Notes: generated by a model from the letters alone, not told the origin. 64,000 nt of DNA from an uncultured Candidatus Saccharibacteria bacterium (GCA_964547425.1 CAZJNH010000006.1:6095-70094); one strand, 5' to 3'. Positions 1 through 9,042 are shown, counted from the stretch's first letter. Made by a program: numbers and translations.

Positions 1-100
1 TGTTAACCGTGATTACGGCCAAAACATCACGATCACAGCTCTCCCCCAACTGCTCGAGTACCTGCCTCTTTTGGCAGCGTAGCCCAATGGTTAGGAGGAA

Positions 101-445
101 ATGATGCCGAAAAAGGTGTTGATTGTCGAGGACCACCCGCTAATGATGGCGGCACTCGGCAAGGTGGCTAGGGATCTCGGTGCCAAAGTTGGCTATGCCA
201 AAACGATAGCCGAGGCCGAACAGCATCTCGCCGATGAGCAGTACGACATCATCGTGTGGGATGGGTACTTAGGACAGGAGTCGACGCTGTCGCTGATCAA
301 ACAAACCGCCAAGCGGTTTAAAGGGCCAATGATCGCGAACAGTTCCGACTTCTCGATGGCTAAGGCCCAGATGCAGTTTGGCTGCACCGACTACCCGCGT
401 GAGGGCGACGCCTTCGATCTGCTGAAGAAGCTGATCGAAAAGTGA
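101..445 (+). CDS. Stand-alone response-regulator receiver (CheY-like) protein
   Basis: VLIVEDH, YDIIVWD (phospho-Asp) motifs; AGGAGG RBS. Confidence 0.75.
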   Translation: MMPKKVLIVEDHPLMMAALGKVARDLGAKVGYAKTIAEAEQHLADEQYDIIVWDGYLGQESTLSLIKQTAKRFKGPMIANSSDFSMAKAQMQFGCTDYPREGDAFDLLKKLIEK

Positions 446-474
446 CCCGCCGGAAACGGTGGCTGAACCGAACT

Positions 475-512
475 GAAGACCCCATCCACGACGGATGGGG
501 TCTTCTTCTTTT
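475..512. terminator. Intrinsic terminator between convergent genes
   Basis: GAAGACCCCATCC-acgac-GGATGGGGTCTTC followed by a T-rich tract. Confidence 0.75.
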
Positions 513-908
513 CTAGCGTTTCTTCCACTGGGCGGCTTTGCGCGCCCGCTTTAATCCAGGCTTCTTTCGTTCCTTTTCCCTGGGATCACGAGTCAAGTAC
601 CCGGCTTTACGAAGTGATGCTTTGTTGTCTTCGCTAAGCTCAACTAAGGCACGGGCGATAGCTAACCGAGCCGCTTCGGCTTGTCCACGTTTGCCGCCTC
701 CACGAACCTTTAGGCTGGCACCAAGCTTTTTGTCCTGACCGACCAAGATTAACGGTTGGCGTACGGACTCTACTAGTACCGGACTGGCAAAGTATTCTTC
801 AACTGTTTTGTCGTTAACTACAATGTCTTTTGCGCTTGAGCTAAGCCGGACGGTAGCGACCGCTTCTTTGCGGCGGCCGAGGCCTTTGTGAAAATCTGTA
901 GCTGGCAT
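513..908 (-). CDS. rpsI: 30S ribosomal protein uS9
   Basis: GRRKEAVATVRL, LTRDPREKERKKPGL. Confidence 0.97.
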   Translation of the reverse strand: MPATDFHKGLGRRKEAVATVRLSSSAKDIVVNDKTVEEYFASPVLVESVRQPLILVGQDKKLGASLKVRGGGKRGQAEAARLAIARALVELSEDNKASLRKAGYLTRDPREKERKKPGLKRARKAAQWKKR

Positions 909-1342
909 TATTTAATCTCCAATTTCTTAGGGGTTTGGCCGGCGTGCGCGTGTTCAGAGCCCGCGTAGACCTTGAGGTGCGACATACGCACCGCTTTTAG
1001 CCGGTTTTGGGGCAGCATGCGTTTGACGGCCATCTCGATAACCTCAGTTGGTTTCTCGTTTAACTTCTCGGCTAGACTAGCTTCTTTAATACCGCCAGGG
1101 TAACCGCTATGGCTAAAGTATTTCTTGTCTTCAAGTTTATTGCCCGTGACCCGTATCTTTGCGGCGTTGATAACGACAATGTTGTCGGCCAAGTCTAGGT
1201 GAGGCGAAAAGGTCGGTTTGTGCTTGCCTTGGAGTAAGGTCGCAACTTTTGTAGCCAAACGGCCCAAAGTCACACCGCTGGCGTCAATCAAGTACCAGTC
1301 GTGGGTGATTTCGGATGGTTTGGCGGTATGAGTCTTAAACAT
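908..1342 (-). CDS. rplM: 50S ribosomal protein uL13
   Basis: WYLIDA..LGRLAT, HSGYPGG. Confidence 0.97.
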   Translation of the reverse strand: MFKTHTAKPSEITHDWYLIDASGVTLGRLATKVATLLQGKHKPTFSPHLDLADNIVVINAAKIRVTGNKLEDKKYFSHSGYPGGIKEASLAEKLNEKPTEVIEMAVKRMLPQNRLKAVRMSHLKVYAGSEHAHAGQTPKKLEIK

Positions 1343-1824
1343 TATTTTGCCCCAACCTTAGTTTTTGGCTTAGCCACGGTTTGTTTAGCAGCCGATTTCT
1401 TCGCGGCAGGTTTCTTCTCGCTAGTTTCTACCTTCTCACTGGCCTCTTTGGCTACTGGAGCAGGCTTGAGTCCAGCCGGTAAAACCAAACTGACTATGGC
1501 AACTGGGGCATTATCGCCTCCGCGATTGCCGGCTTTGACGACCCTGGTGTAGCCGCCTTGGCGATCCTTCCAGGCAGGTGCCAACTCTTCAACTAACTTT
1601 TGAACAGCAGAGTCGGTGGTTAAGCGGGAACGTAGTAAACGCCGATCGGCCACGGTCCCGGACTTAGCAAAGCTAACCAGTTTTTCAACGTAACGCCCGG
1701 CGACTTTTGCTTTCGAAACCGTAGTGGTCATAGTCTCATGCAGCACGAGTGAATTGGCCAACGACTTAAGTAATGCTCTTCGCTGGTCACGCTCGCGGCT
1801 GAATTTTGGGCTTTGGCCGTTCAT
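1342..1824 (-). CDS. rplQ: 50S ribosomal protein bL17 with Lys/Ala-rich tail
   Basis: RRALLKSLANSL, RQGGYTRVVK, RGGDNAP; follows rpoA. Confidence 0.93.
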   Translation of the reverse strand: MNGQSPKFSRERDQRRALLKSLANSLVLHETMTTTVSKAKVAGRYVEKLVSFAKSGTVADRRLLRSRLTTDSAVQKLVEELAPAWKDRQGGYTRVVKAGNRGGDNAPVAIVSLVLPAGLKPAPVAKEASEKVETSEKKPAAKKSAAKQTVAKPKTKVGAK

Positions 1825-2763
1825 TTAATCCTCGTCGGTCTCCCCTTTTTCAAAACCCATCTCAGTCAGCTTGTCTTTGACCTCGTTGTAGGCCTTTGAG
1901 CCAAAGCCCTTGAGGTCCCGCAGCTCTTCATCGGACAAGCGCAGAAGGTCGCGGACGGTCTTGATCTCGTTGTTTAATAGCGCGTTAGTGGTGCGCGGCG
2001 TCAGGTTAATTTCTTCAACCATAATCTTAGCGGCGTTGTCGGAACCGTCTTCGGTGGTCACAGCCTCGGATTGAGGGGCCTCGCGGCCGGCTACGACACC
2101 AAAGTGCTCAACCAATAGTTCAGCTGCTTGGGCCACGGCGTCGGCTGGGCTAACGGTACCGTCGGTCTCAATATCTAGCACCAAACGGTCGAGGTCGGTC
2201 ATTTGGCCGACACGGGTGTTTTCGACCGAGTAGCGTACGCGCTGGACCGGGCTGAACAATGCGTCAACGGCGATCATGCCAACTTCCAGCTTTTCGCTTT
2301 CGCGGGATTCAACCGGCTGGTAACCGCGACCTTTTTCGATCTTAATTTCCATACCGATTTTGGATTTAGCATCGTCGAGAGTTGCGATCACCAGTTCGGG
2401 ATTTGCGATTTCAACATCGGAGGTGACTTTAATATCGGAGGCTTTGACCGGGCCTTTGCCGGTTTTGGTCAGAACCAGATACTGAGGTTCGTCGGAGTAA
2501 ACCTTCAGGCGCAGTTTCTTGAGGTTAAGCAGGAGGGAAATAACGTCCTCTTTAACTCCAGGAATCGTCGAAAATTCGTGCGACACGTTGTCGATTTTGA
2601 CGGCTGTAACAGCGCCGCCGCCGAGGCTCGAGAGAATCACCCGGCGAAGTGCATTACCCAAAGTCATACCATAACCTGGGTGTAGCGGTTCGATGGCGAA
2701 GGTGGCGCGATTGCCGTCGTCTTTAGTTAGTTTGAGTTGTGGGAGCTGGATGGGGTGAAGCAC
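1825..2763 (-). CDS. rpoA: RNA polymerase subunit alpha
   Basis: IEPLHPGYGMTLGNALRR; GTG start at 2763 behind AAGGAG. Confidence 0.97.
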   Translation of the reverse strand: MLHPIQLPQLKLTKDDGNRATFAIEPLHPGYGMTLGNALRRVILSSLGGGAVTAVKIDNVSHEFSTIPGVKEDVISLLLNLKKLRLKVYSDEPQYLVLTKTGKGPVKASDIKVTSDVEIANPELVIATLDDAKSKIGMEIKIEKGRGYQPVESRESEKLEVGMIAVDALFSPVQRVRYSVENTRVGQMTDLDRLVLDIETDGTVSPADAVAQAAELLVEHFGVVAGREAPQSEAVTTEDGSDNAAKIMVEEINLTPRTTNALLNNEIKTVRDLLRLSDEELRDLKGFGSKAYNEVKDKLTEMGFEKGETDED

Positions 2764-2776
2764 GTTTTTCTCCTTA

Positions 2777-3394
2777 TTATCGTGAATAGAATTCAATAAT
2801 TAGCTGTTCGGAAATCTCTTCCATAATGTCGTCCCGAACCGGATGGCCGGTGACTTTAGCGGACAGCTTGGAAGACTCTAGACTTAGCCAGCGGCTGTCG
2901 AGTTTGGACTGTTTCAGATCGGTGACAACCTTTTGGAAATAAGGGTTTTTCTGGCTTTTTTCGCGGACCTCTAGCTCATCGCCCGGTTGTAAGCTAATCG
3001 ACGGGACGTTAACTCGGCGTCCGTTGTGCAGAATGTGGCCATGGCTGACTAGTTGGCGAGCACCTTGTCGGCTAGGTGCCCAGCCGAGACGGTAAACGGC
3101 GTTGTCCATGCGTTGCTCTAGCAGAATTAGGACGACTTCACCGCTAATGCCTTCCTGGCGTTCAGCTTCCGCGACGATCCGGCGGAACTGCTTTTCAAGA
3201 AGCCCATAAATTCGCTTCACTTTTTGCTTCTCGCGCAGCTGCAGGGCGTACTGGCTGTCTTTGGTCCGGCGGCCGCCTTTGCCATGTTCTCCAGGGCCGT
3301 AGCCGCGTTTAGTCAGGCCTTTAATCGCCTTCGGATGCATCGCGACGCCTTCGCGGCGTGAACGCTTAAGGGTTGGGGCTAAATCGCGTGCCAT
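2777..3394 (-). CDS. rpsD: 30S ribosomal protein uS4
   Basis: QLREKQKVKRIYGLLEKQF, ARQLVSHGH. Confidence 0.97.
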   Translation of the reverse strand: MARDLAPTLKRSRREGVAMHPKAIKGLTKRGYGPGEHGKGGRRTKDSQYALQLREKQKVKRIYGLLEKQFRRIVAEAERQEGISGEVVLILLEQRMDNAVYRLGWAPSRQGARQLVSHGHILHNGRRVNVPSISLQPGDELEVREKSQKNPYFQKVVTDLKQSKLDSRWLSLESSKLSAKVTGHPVRDDIMEEISEQLIIEFYSR

Positions 3395-3395
3395 A

Positions 3396-3791
3396 TTACT
3401 GCTTCCTCGGTTTTCGCGGGCGGCAGCCGTTATGAGGAATGCCGGTGACGTCTTTGATGCTAGTTACGGACAAACCAACGGTCGAAAGGGCGCGCACAGC
3501 CGATTCACGGCCGCTCCCGACGCCTTGCAGATAAACATCCACCTTTTGCATGCCGAGCTCTTTAGCAGCCGTCGCGGCCTGTTCGGCGGCGATACTGGCG
3601 GCGTACGGGGTTGATTTGCGGGAACCTTTGAAACCGGCGGCACCAGAGGAACTCCAAGCTATCACTCCGCCTTTTTCGTCGGTGATCGAGATAATCGTGT
3701 TATTAAAAGTCGCCTTGACGTGCACTTGGCCAACGGCCACGCTGCGTTTTTGCTTCTTTTTCCGGGTTGTAGTGGTTTTTGGGGCTGCCAT
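3396..3791 (-). CDS. rpsK: 30S ribosomal protein uS11
   Basis: [25 protein letters not shown]. Confidence 0.97.
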   Translation of the reverse strand: MAAPKTTTTRKKKQKRSVAVGQVHVKATFNNTIISITDEKGGVIAWSSSGAAGFKGSRKSTPYAASIAAEQAATAAKELGMQKVDVYLQGVGSGRESAVRALSTVGLSVTSIKDVTGIPHNGCRPRKPRKQ

Positions 3792-3799
3792 ATTAATCC

Positions 3800-4186
3800 T
3801 TAAGTCTTAGAGGCCGCTTTAGCCCGGCCGGAACCGACGGTGACGCGTTTGCCGCGTTTGGTACGGGCATTAGTTTTGGTACGCTGTCCGCGAACCGGCA
3901 AATTATTCTTGTGCCGCAAACCGCGGAAGGAATTGATTTCTTTGAGCCGACGAATGTTACCGGAAACTATCCGCTGAAGGTCGCCTTCAACCTGGAGCGT
4001 CTTTTCGATCTGCTCGCGGATTTTCGAGACTTCGGCTTCGGTCAGATTCTTAACTCGGGTGTTAGGGTCGACGCCTGTTACGGTAATTAGCTTCTTGGCG
4101 GTTGAGTTACCAACGCCGTGGATGTAGGTCAAAGCAATTTCAACCCGTTTGTCGTTTGGTAAATTAACTCCGGCAATACGCGCCAT
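3800..4186 (-). CDS. rpsM: 30S ribosomal protein uS13
   Basis: [24 protein letters not shown]. Confidence 0.97.
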   Translation of the reverse strand: MARIAGVNLPNDKRVEIALTYIHGVGNSTAKKLITVTGVDPNTRVKNLTEAEVSKIREQIEKTLQVEGDLQRIVSGNIRRLKEINSFRGLRHKNNLPVRGQRTKTNARTKRGKRVTVGSGRAKAASKT

Positions 4187-4299
4187 TAGCCCTGCCTCTG
4201 CTTGTGCTTAGGGTTATCGCAGATCACAAAAACTACTCCGTCGCGGCGGACGGTCTTGCATTTGGAACACATTGGTTTGACGCTCGCTCTAACCTTCAT
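4186..4299 (-). CDS. rpmJ: 50S ribosomal protein bL36 (not in ORF track)
   Basis: Translated by hand: [37 protein letters not shown]. Confidence 0.95.
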   Translation of the reverse strand: MKVRASVKPMCSKCKTVRRDGVVFVICDNPKHKQRQG

Positions 4300-4307
4300 T
4301 GCACTCC

Positions 4308-4532
4308 TTAGTTGTTGTGTCTATAAGTAATTCGGCCTTTGGTCAGGTCGTAAGGGGTCATCTCTAAGGTCACCTTATCTCCCGGCAAAATCTTGATGTA
4401 ATGCATCCGCATTTTGCCCGAGATATGTGCTAAAACAACATGGCCGTTCTCGAGTTCTACCCTAAACATAGCGTTTGGCAGGGTTTCGCGAACGGTCCCT
4501 TCGACCTCGATTACTTCCTTTGTATCACTCAT
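4308..4532 (-). CDS. infA: Translation initiation factor IF-1
   Basis: [23 protein letters not shown]; start reassigned to MSDTKE. Confidence 0.96.
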   Translation of the reverse strand: MSDTKEVIEVEGTVRETLPNAMFRVELENGHVVLAHISGKMRMHYIKILPGDKVTLEMTPYDLTKGRITYRHNN

Positions 4533-4598
4533 GGTAAGACTACAGCGCTTAATTCTACCCAGATTTAGTACTCCTGTAAAGACTTTTAAATACAAAAA

Positions 4599-4628
4599 CG
4601 GCCCGGGGAGTCTTGTTCCCCGGACCGC
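4599..4628 (-). terminator. Hairpin terminator, copy 1 of a duplicated 30-31 bp hairpin
   Basis: CGGCCCGGGGAGTCTTGTTCCCCGGACCGC with a U-tract on the minus strand. Confidence 0.8.
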
Positions 4629-4633
4629 AAGAG

Positions 4634-5149
4634 TTACCGTGTTTGATTGATCCCTTCTCCGCCTCCGTGCGGATGCCCGATACCTTGACCCGTGCTAAGC
4701 AATAAGCCATGAAACGCTCGGTTGCCCCTAGCGTCCGCCAGCGAATTATGCGTCGCCCCTTCGGGCACCGGCTTATGGGTGACGCCGAGTCGGTTGGCCC
4801 AAGGCTTCAGATCGTTTGCGTAGCTGGGCCAGGTGGCTGGCCGGTCGATCATCCGCCCAAACAAGCCGCATAGGACGACCCAGTCGTAAGCGCAGACGTA
4901 GCCCCAGAACTCAGGGTCGTGGTCGTTTCTGACGAATTCCTCAACTTCTCGGGCAATAAGGATTGCCGTCTTTGATTGGCCTAACAGGTGCGGTCTGGTG
5001 TTTTCGGCGTGCCAACCATCGAAGTCCAGCGACCAGTCAACCTTGGCGAACTCCGCGTAGTACTCGCGGTCGTCCTCACTGACGATCCCGAGACTAATCG
5101 GCACCGGCTGAATGTAGTCGATGAACTCTGTGTCGAAGAAGTACTTCAT
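4634..5149 (-). CDS. DEDDh 3'-5' exo(ribo)nuclease, Rv2179c/RNase AS-like
   Basis: [38 protein letters not shown]. Confidence 0.8.
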   Translation of the reverse strand: MKYFFDTEFIDYIQPVPISLGIVSEDDREYYAEFAKVDWSLDFDGWHAENTRPHLLGQSKTAILIAREVEEFVRNDHDPEFWGYVCAYDWVVLCGLFGRMIDRPATWPSYANDLKPWANRLGVTHKPVPEGATHNSLADARGNRAFHGLLLSTGQGIGHPHGGGEGINQTR

Positions 5150-5760
5150 TGCTCACCAGTGATGCGTTTGGCGCCTGTCCAGGCGTCGTCGTTGCGCGGG
5201 AAGTCGTAGAACGCCCTCGCGCTAAGAAGATCGCAGCTGTGGCACAACGCCGCCAGCGGCAGCATGATCCGAGAATCCGGCGTGTAATCCTCGTCGCGGA
5301 TGCCTTCGACGTACTTGAGGGCGTTTTCCTGCGTCGGCGTCAGCTTAATCCCGTACTCCCAAAGCTTCGACTGCGCAAACTCTTTACGAGCCGCTTTTGT
5401 CTTCAGCTCCGGAATCACGACCAACTCACCGTCCTCAAACCGCGTGCGCCACGGCTTCTCGATGTCATGGAGGAACAAGACGAGCAGACCGTCGGACAGT
5501 GTGATTCGCTCATCGCCCGACAACTGATCGAGTCGGCCTGTACTCTCGATTGCGCCGTAGAACAACACGAACCAGTTCATGGCGTCGGTGACATGGTCCC
5601 AGTAACCACCGGGCCAAGCCTGGTGGTTGTGCGTCGATCCCGGCGCCGCCTGGAACAGCTCGCGGTGGTCGTAGAGGATCTGCCGGCAGACCGATTGGTT
5701 CGGCTCGTTGATCATCATCACCATCTCGTCAAGGTAGTAGTACTTCGGCTGTTCGCTCAT
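5146..5760 (-). CDS. HD-domain phosphohydrolase
   Basis: APGSTHNHQAWPGGYWDHV, FLHDIEKP, CDLLSAR; start reassigned to MSEQPK behind AAGGGAG. Confidence 0.7.
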   Translation of the reverse strand: MSEQPKYYYLDEMVMMINEPNQSVCRQILYDHRELFQAAPGSTHNHQAWPGGYWDHVTDAMNWFVLFYGAIESTGRLDQLSGDERITLSDGLLVLFLHDIEKPWRTRFEDGELVVIPELKTKAARKEFAQSKLWEYGIKLTPTQENALKYVEGIRDEDYTPDSRIMLPLAALCHSCDLLSARAFYDFPRNDDAWTGAKRITGEQ

Positions 5761-5784
5761 GCCGCTCCCTTGGTTTGGTTGAGG

Positions 5785-5815
5785 CGGCCCGGGGAGTCTT
5801 TGTTCCCCGGACCGC
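5785..5815 (-). repeat. Copy 2 of duplicated hairpin (no U-tract)
   Basis: CGGCCCGGGGAGTCTTTGTTCCCCGGACCGC, identical to 4599-4628 apart from one extra T. Confidence 0.9.
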
Positions 5816-5821
5816 TCGAAG

Positions 5822-7270
5822 TTAGAACGAGACACTCGAACTGGAAGTGTCGGGATTGAGCGCGCTCCCGCTTGATGCTGAACCAGCATTGCCATCGAGA
5901 TAACGCTGCCATTTCGCGGCGATCTCTTGAGCCCTCTCGTACGCCAGCCCAATGTACGGGTTGGCATTTTCGATCAAGGCAACTTCATCGGCCGTGAAGC
6001 GCTCCACATACCCGGCGATCTCCAGGTCTTCCTGAATGAAGCGTTGGAGTGAACGCGGATTACCGGTCCGACGAGCTTCGCGCCAGGCCTGCGTAACCAC
6101 GCGAACGGCTTCATGCGCGTCCGGGTGGCCGTACTTGGCGAGCAGAATATACAGCGGCTCCGCCAGTATGGCGCCCTCGCTGGAGGCAAGGTTCCGGTCG
6201 AGGTTCGTCTGGTCGACACGCAGCTTGTCCATTGTGCGTGTCAGCCGCTTGGCCATCACCACTACGTAGTTGACGATCTCGGCGTTAGTCCGGCCAGACG
6301 CGGAGCCAGTGAGGTCGCGCTGATGCTCGCTGATTTGATCCAGGTACAGCGTGCCCAGTCTGCCAACGAGAACCTTCCACATACTTTCGATGTTCTCGAA
6401 GTTGATCGGGTTGCGCTTCTGCGGCATCGTCGACGAACCTACTTGTTCGGCGCCGAACTCCTCGCCAACCTCGGCGATCTCGGTCCGCTGCAGGTTGCGC
6501 ATGTCGCGTGCCAAGTTCGCCATCACCCCAGCCGCCACGACCATCTCGGTCAGTAACCGCAGCATCGGCTCCGGCGGCGCGATCTGGGTCGAATGAGTAG
6601 CAGGTCGCAGACCAACGTAACTCAACAATCGTCCCTCGAACTCCATCGGGTTGTCGACGACAAGCTGCGACGCGTTGTAAGCCCCAACCGCGCCAGAGAA
6701 CTTGCCGACCAACTCAGAAGCCCTCTCATCGATCCTCTTGATCGACTGACCCAAACGCTCGGTGATCCCGGCCATATAGAAGCCGAAGGTGATCGGAACG
6801 GCGTGCTGGCCATGCGTCCGGCCAACCTGCACCGTCGCCGACTCCTGCCGCGTGATGTCGACCAGTATTCGCAGTAGTTTCTTGAGAGCCGGGACGACAA
6901 CGTCGTAGGTCACGTCCTTATACCTCGCGGCGTTGGCTGTGTCGACGATGTCGAATGAAGTAGCGGTCATGTGCACGTAAGGCTTGGCTTCGTCGCTGAC
7001 CTTGGCTTGGATGCAGTTGACCAAGGCCCGGATGTCGTGGCGAACCCGATCCTCCTCGGCGTAGACCTCTTCGGTTGTAATCTTGGAGCAGGCCTGGGCG
7101 ATCTCGAAGGCGGCTTCAGCCGGACAGATGCCGAAGTCCGCCAGCGTTTTTGCCAATGATGATTCGACCCCCAGCTTGTAGCGGGTAAAACCGTTCTCAG
7201 ACAAACATTCCGCCACCTCTGGGTCGAGGTAACGGTAGTCGGCCGGCGAAATCGCGTCGAATTTGTCCAT
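5822..7270 (-). CDS. purB: Adenylosuccinate lyase
   Basis: GRTHGQHA, GSSTMPQKRNP signature. Confidence 0.92.
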   Translation of the reverse strand: MDKFDAISPADYRYLDPEVAECLSENGFTRYKLGVESSLAKTLADFGICPAEAAFEIAQACSKITTEEVYAEEDRVRHDIRALVNCIQAKVSDEAKPYVHMTATSFDIVDTANAARYKDVTYDVVVPALKKLLRILVDITRQESATVQVGRTHGQHAVPITFGFYMAGITERLGQSIKRIDERASELVGKFSGAVGAYNASQLVVDNPMEFEGRLLSYVGLRPATHSTQIAPPEPMLRLLTEMVVAAGVMANLARDMRNLQRTEIAEVGEEFGAEQVGSSTMPQKRNPINFENIESMWKVLVGRLGTLYLDQISEHQRDLTGSASGRTNAEIVNYVVVMAKRLTRTMDKLRVDQTNLDRNLASSEGAILAEPLYILLAKYGHPDAHEAVRVVTQAWREARRTGNPRSLQRFIQEDLEIAGYVERFTADEVALIENANPYIGLAYERAQEIAAKWQRYLDGNAGSASSGSALNPDTSSSSVSF

Positions 7271-7271
7271 A

Positions 7272-8333
7272 TCAGCTCCTCTTGAACTTTGAGGTCATCT
7301 CGGCAACCTCGGCGTAGTTCTGCTTAATCTTGCCAAGCTCCTTGGCCTTGGCCGCTGGATCGTCGACACCAGCGAGGTCGCGATAGACCTGCTTGTCCTT
7401 CATCTGCGCCTTGTCGCCGCCCGGCCAGATCCGCCACGAGTCGTTGTCGATCACATCGGCAACGGCCAGCCGGCCGTCGTGCAAGCGGCCGAACTCGATC
7501 TTGAGATCGACCAGTTGGACTTCCTGCTGCCGCCAGGCGTCTTCGATGACCTCGAAGACCTTCACGGTTGTTCGCACCATCTCGACCGTCTCATCGATGG
7601 TTTGCTGCGCCCTGACCGGCAGGATGGGCTTCTCTTCGATGTAGCCCACGCCGAGCGGCTTACCGGCCTCGTATAGCAAGTAGCGCCAGCCGACAAAGTC
7701 CCAGATCATTAGCGGATCGTGGCGCTCGTCGTCTTTGAGGAAACACTCGACGACGAGCGGGGCGAGCACCGTGCCTTCGGCAACTTCTCGGTTGCGCTTT
7801 AGGTACGAACCGGTGGCGATGCGCCGGGCCACCCACTCCATTGGCAACATTTCTGCCTTGAGCGCGTGGAAAACGGTTGGGTCGCTGTCGTCGGGCCCAA
7901 GGTAGTGCGTCAGCACGTGCGGGTCGATCAGCTCGAAGACGTTGCAGGTCGTCCGCGTGGCATTGACCGCCTTATCTTCGAGCAAATCACGGCTCGCGCC
8001 GTCGCCGGCGGTGATGTCGTTCTTGCTCTCGATCATCACCCGCTCTCTAACACGGGAGGATGAATCTGGGTGTTCCCAGATGATCTTCGTCTTCCCTTCC
8101 GCCAACTTCCAGGGCAGCCGTTCAACTTCGATGTTGCTGTATTTCTTCAGCCAAATCGGCTCTTCCTGTTCAGAAACGTAGACAGGACAAATCCCCGGTC
8201 CGTCGTTGCCTGATGAGCCATCCGGAGACATTACCGGCCGACTGACGGTGAAGGTCTTCCCCTCGTGCTCGAACCGGTCGCCTTGGCGCATGCCGTCATC
8301 GGTAACCGTCCAAGTCTTATATGTGGCAACCAT
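7272..8333 (-). CDS. purC: SAICAR synthetase (PAICS-like type) with ~75-aa N-terminal extension
   Basis: EGKTK, DITAGDG, ATGSY, VDLKIEFG, DVIDNDSWRIW, DKQVYRD. Confidence 0.88.
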   Translation of the reverse strand: MVATYKTWTVTDDGMRQGDRFEHEGKTFTVSRPVMSPDGSSGNDGPGICPVYVSEQEEPIWLKKYSNIEVERLPWKLAEGKTKIIWEHPDSSSRVRERVMIESKNDITAGDGASRDLLEDKAVNATRTTCNVFELIDPHVLTHYLGPDDSDPTVFHALKAEMLPMEWVARRIATGSYLKRNREVAEGTVLAPLVVECFLKDDERHDPLMIWDFVGWRYLLYEAGKPLGVGYIEEKPILPVRAQQTIDETVEMVRTTVKVFEVIEDAWRQQEVQLVDLKIEFGRLHDGRLAVADVIDNDSWRIWPGGDKAQMKDKQVYRDLAGVDDPAAKAKELGKIKQNYAEVAEMTSKFKRS

Positions 8334-8409
8334 AATTGCCTCCTTGTCAAAGGTCGAAACAAAATCAGCGGCCCGTTGCCGCTCGCGTAGATTATACCGG
8401 ATTTTTGAT

Positions 8410-8922
8410 ACGAAAAAACCCGGGCCGTGGTTGGCGCCGGGTTTTTTGTGAACGAGCTTCGCTGACGAACGCAGCCAGATGCGGCTGTTTTAACTTACCC
8501 GCTTTCTCTGTCGACTCTTTCATCCGGCTTACGCCGTGCCGAGTAGCCGATACACTCGACTTTAGGCTCCCTATTTATCGCTGGGCTTTGTTCACTGGAA
8601 CCATGCGCACGTTGTGCGCGGCGGGTATATTTTACCCAGTGTCTTTGTACCATCCAGCGAGGAGCTATCGTTTGCCCATCGGAATCACCCTTTCGGCTGA
8701 AGCGATGAAGCGGAACGAAGCGATGGTCTCGGGACCCACCGTTTCGTTCCTAGAATAGAACCGAACCACGTACCCGAGAAGTACATCCTCTCTAACTGGA
8801 CGGAGCCAGTTTAACGGGAGGAGAGGAGGGCTCCCAACGACGTCGCGGTGATCTGCTACTCGTCTTGCTGCGACTGCAATATGGTGGCCCAAGTGGCCTG
8901 ACGAACCGCGCTCTTGCGCATG
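8410..8922 (-). ncRNA. Candidate large structured ncRNA (~510 nt), family unrecognised
   Basis: Bounded by a consensus promoter and terminator; no credible ORF or RBS; about 10 helices including nested ones, with G-U pairs favouring the minus strand. Confidence 0.65.
8413..8447. terminator. Bidirectional intrinsic terminator
   Basis: AAAAAACCCGG-N13-CCGGGTTTTTT. Confidence 0.85.
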
Positions 8923-8928
8923 ACGAAG

Positions 8929-8957
8929 AATATACCCGCCATAACCACTTCTGTCAA
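8929..8957 (-). promoter_or_regulatory. sigma70 promoter of the candidate ncRNA
   Basis: TTGACA-17 nt-TATATT. Confidence 0.75.
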
Positions 8958-8961
8958 GAAG

Positions 8962-9040
8962 TTGTAATTCGCTAACCTGAAAAGGGTTACACCCTTAACA
9001 GATTGGAAAATTACAAGTTTTGGGAAAATTGAGTCAAATT
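8962..9040. repeat. 79-bp REP-like hairpin element, copy 1
   Basis: First 56 bp match 51478-51533 with 2 mismatches; central AAGGGTTACACCCTT; terminal TTGAGTCAAATT. Confidence 0.9.
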
Positions 9041-9042
9041 GG

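Noticed and set aside
5146-8333. Z-genome (purZ/datZ) pathway
   Set aside because: The synthetase is of the PurC fold, not PurA/PurZ; no mazZ or phage context
8510-8540. ATCCGGCTTAC resembling the RNase P 3' end; AGCCGGATG resembling group II intron domain V
   Set aside because: No GAGGAAAGTCC or ACAGAA context, and no complementary domain V 3' strand
8336-8892. ORFs 8336-8758 (+) and 8665-8892 (-)
   Set aside because: No RBS, atypical composition, and one crosses a terminator; dense secondary structure explains the region better
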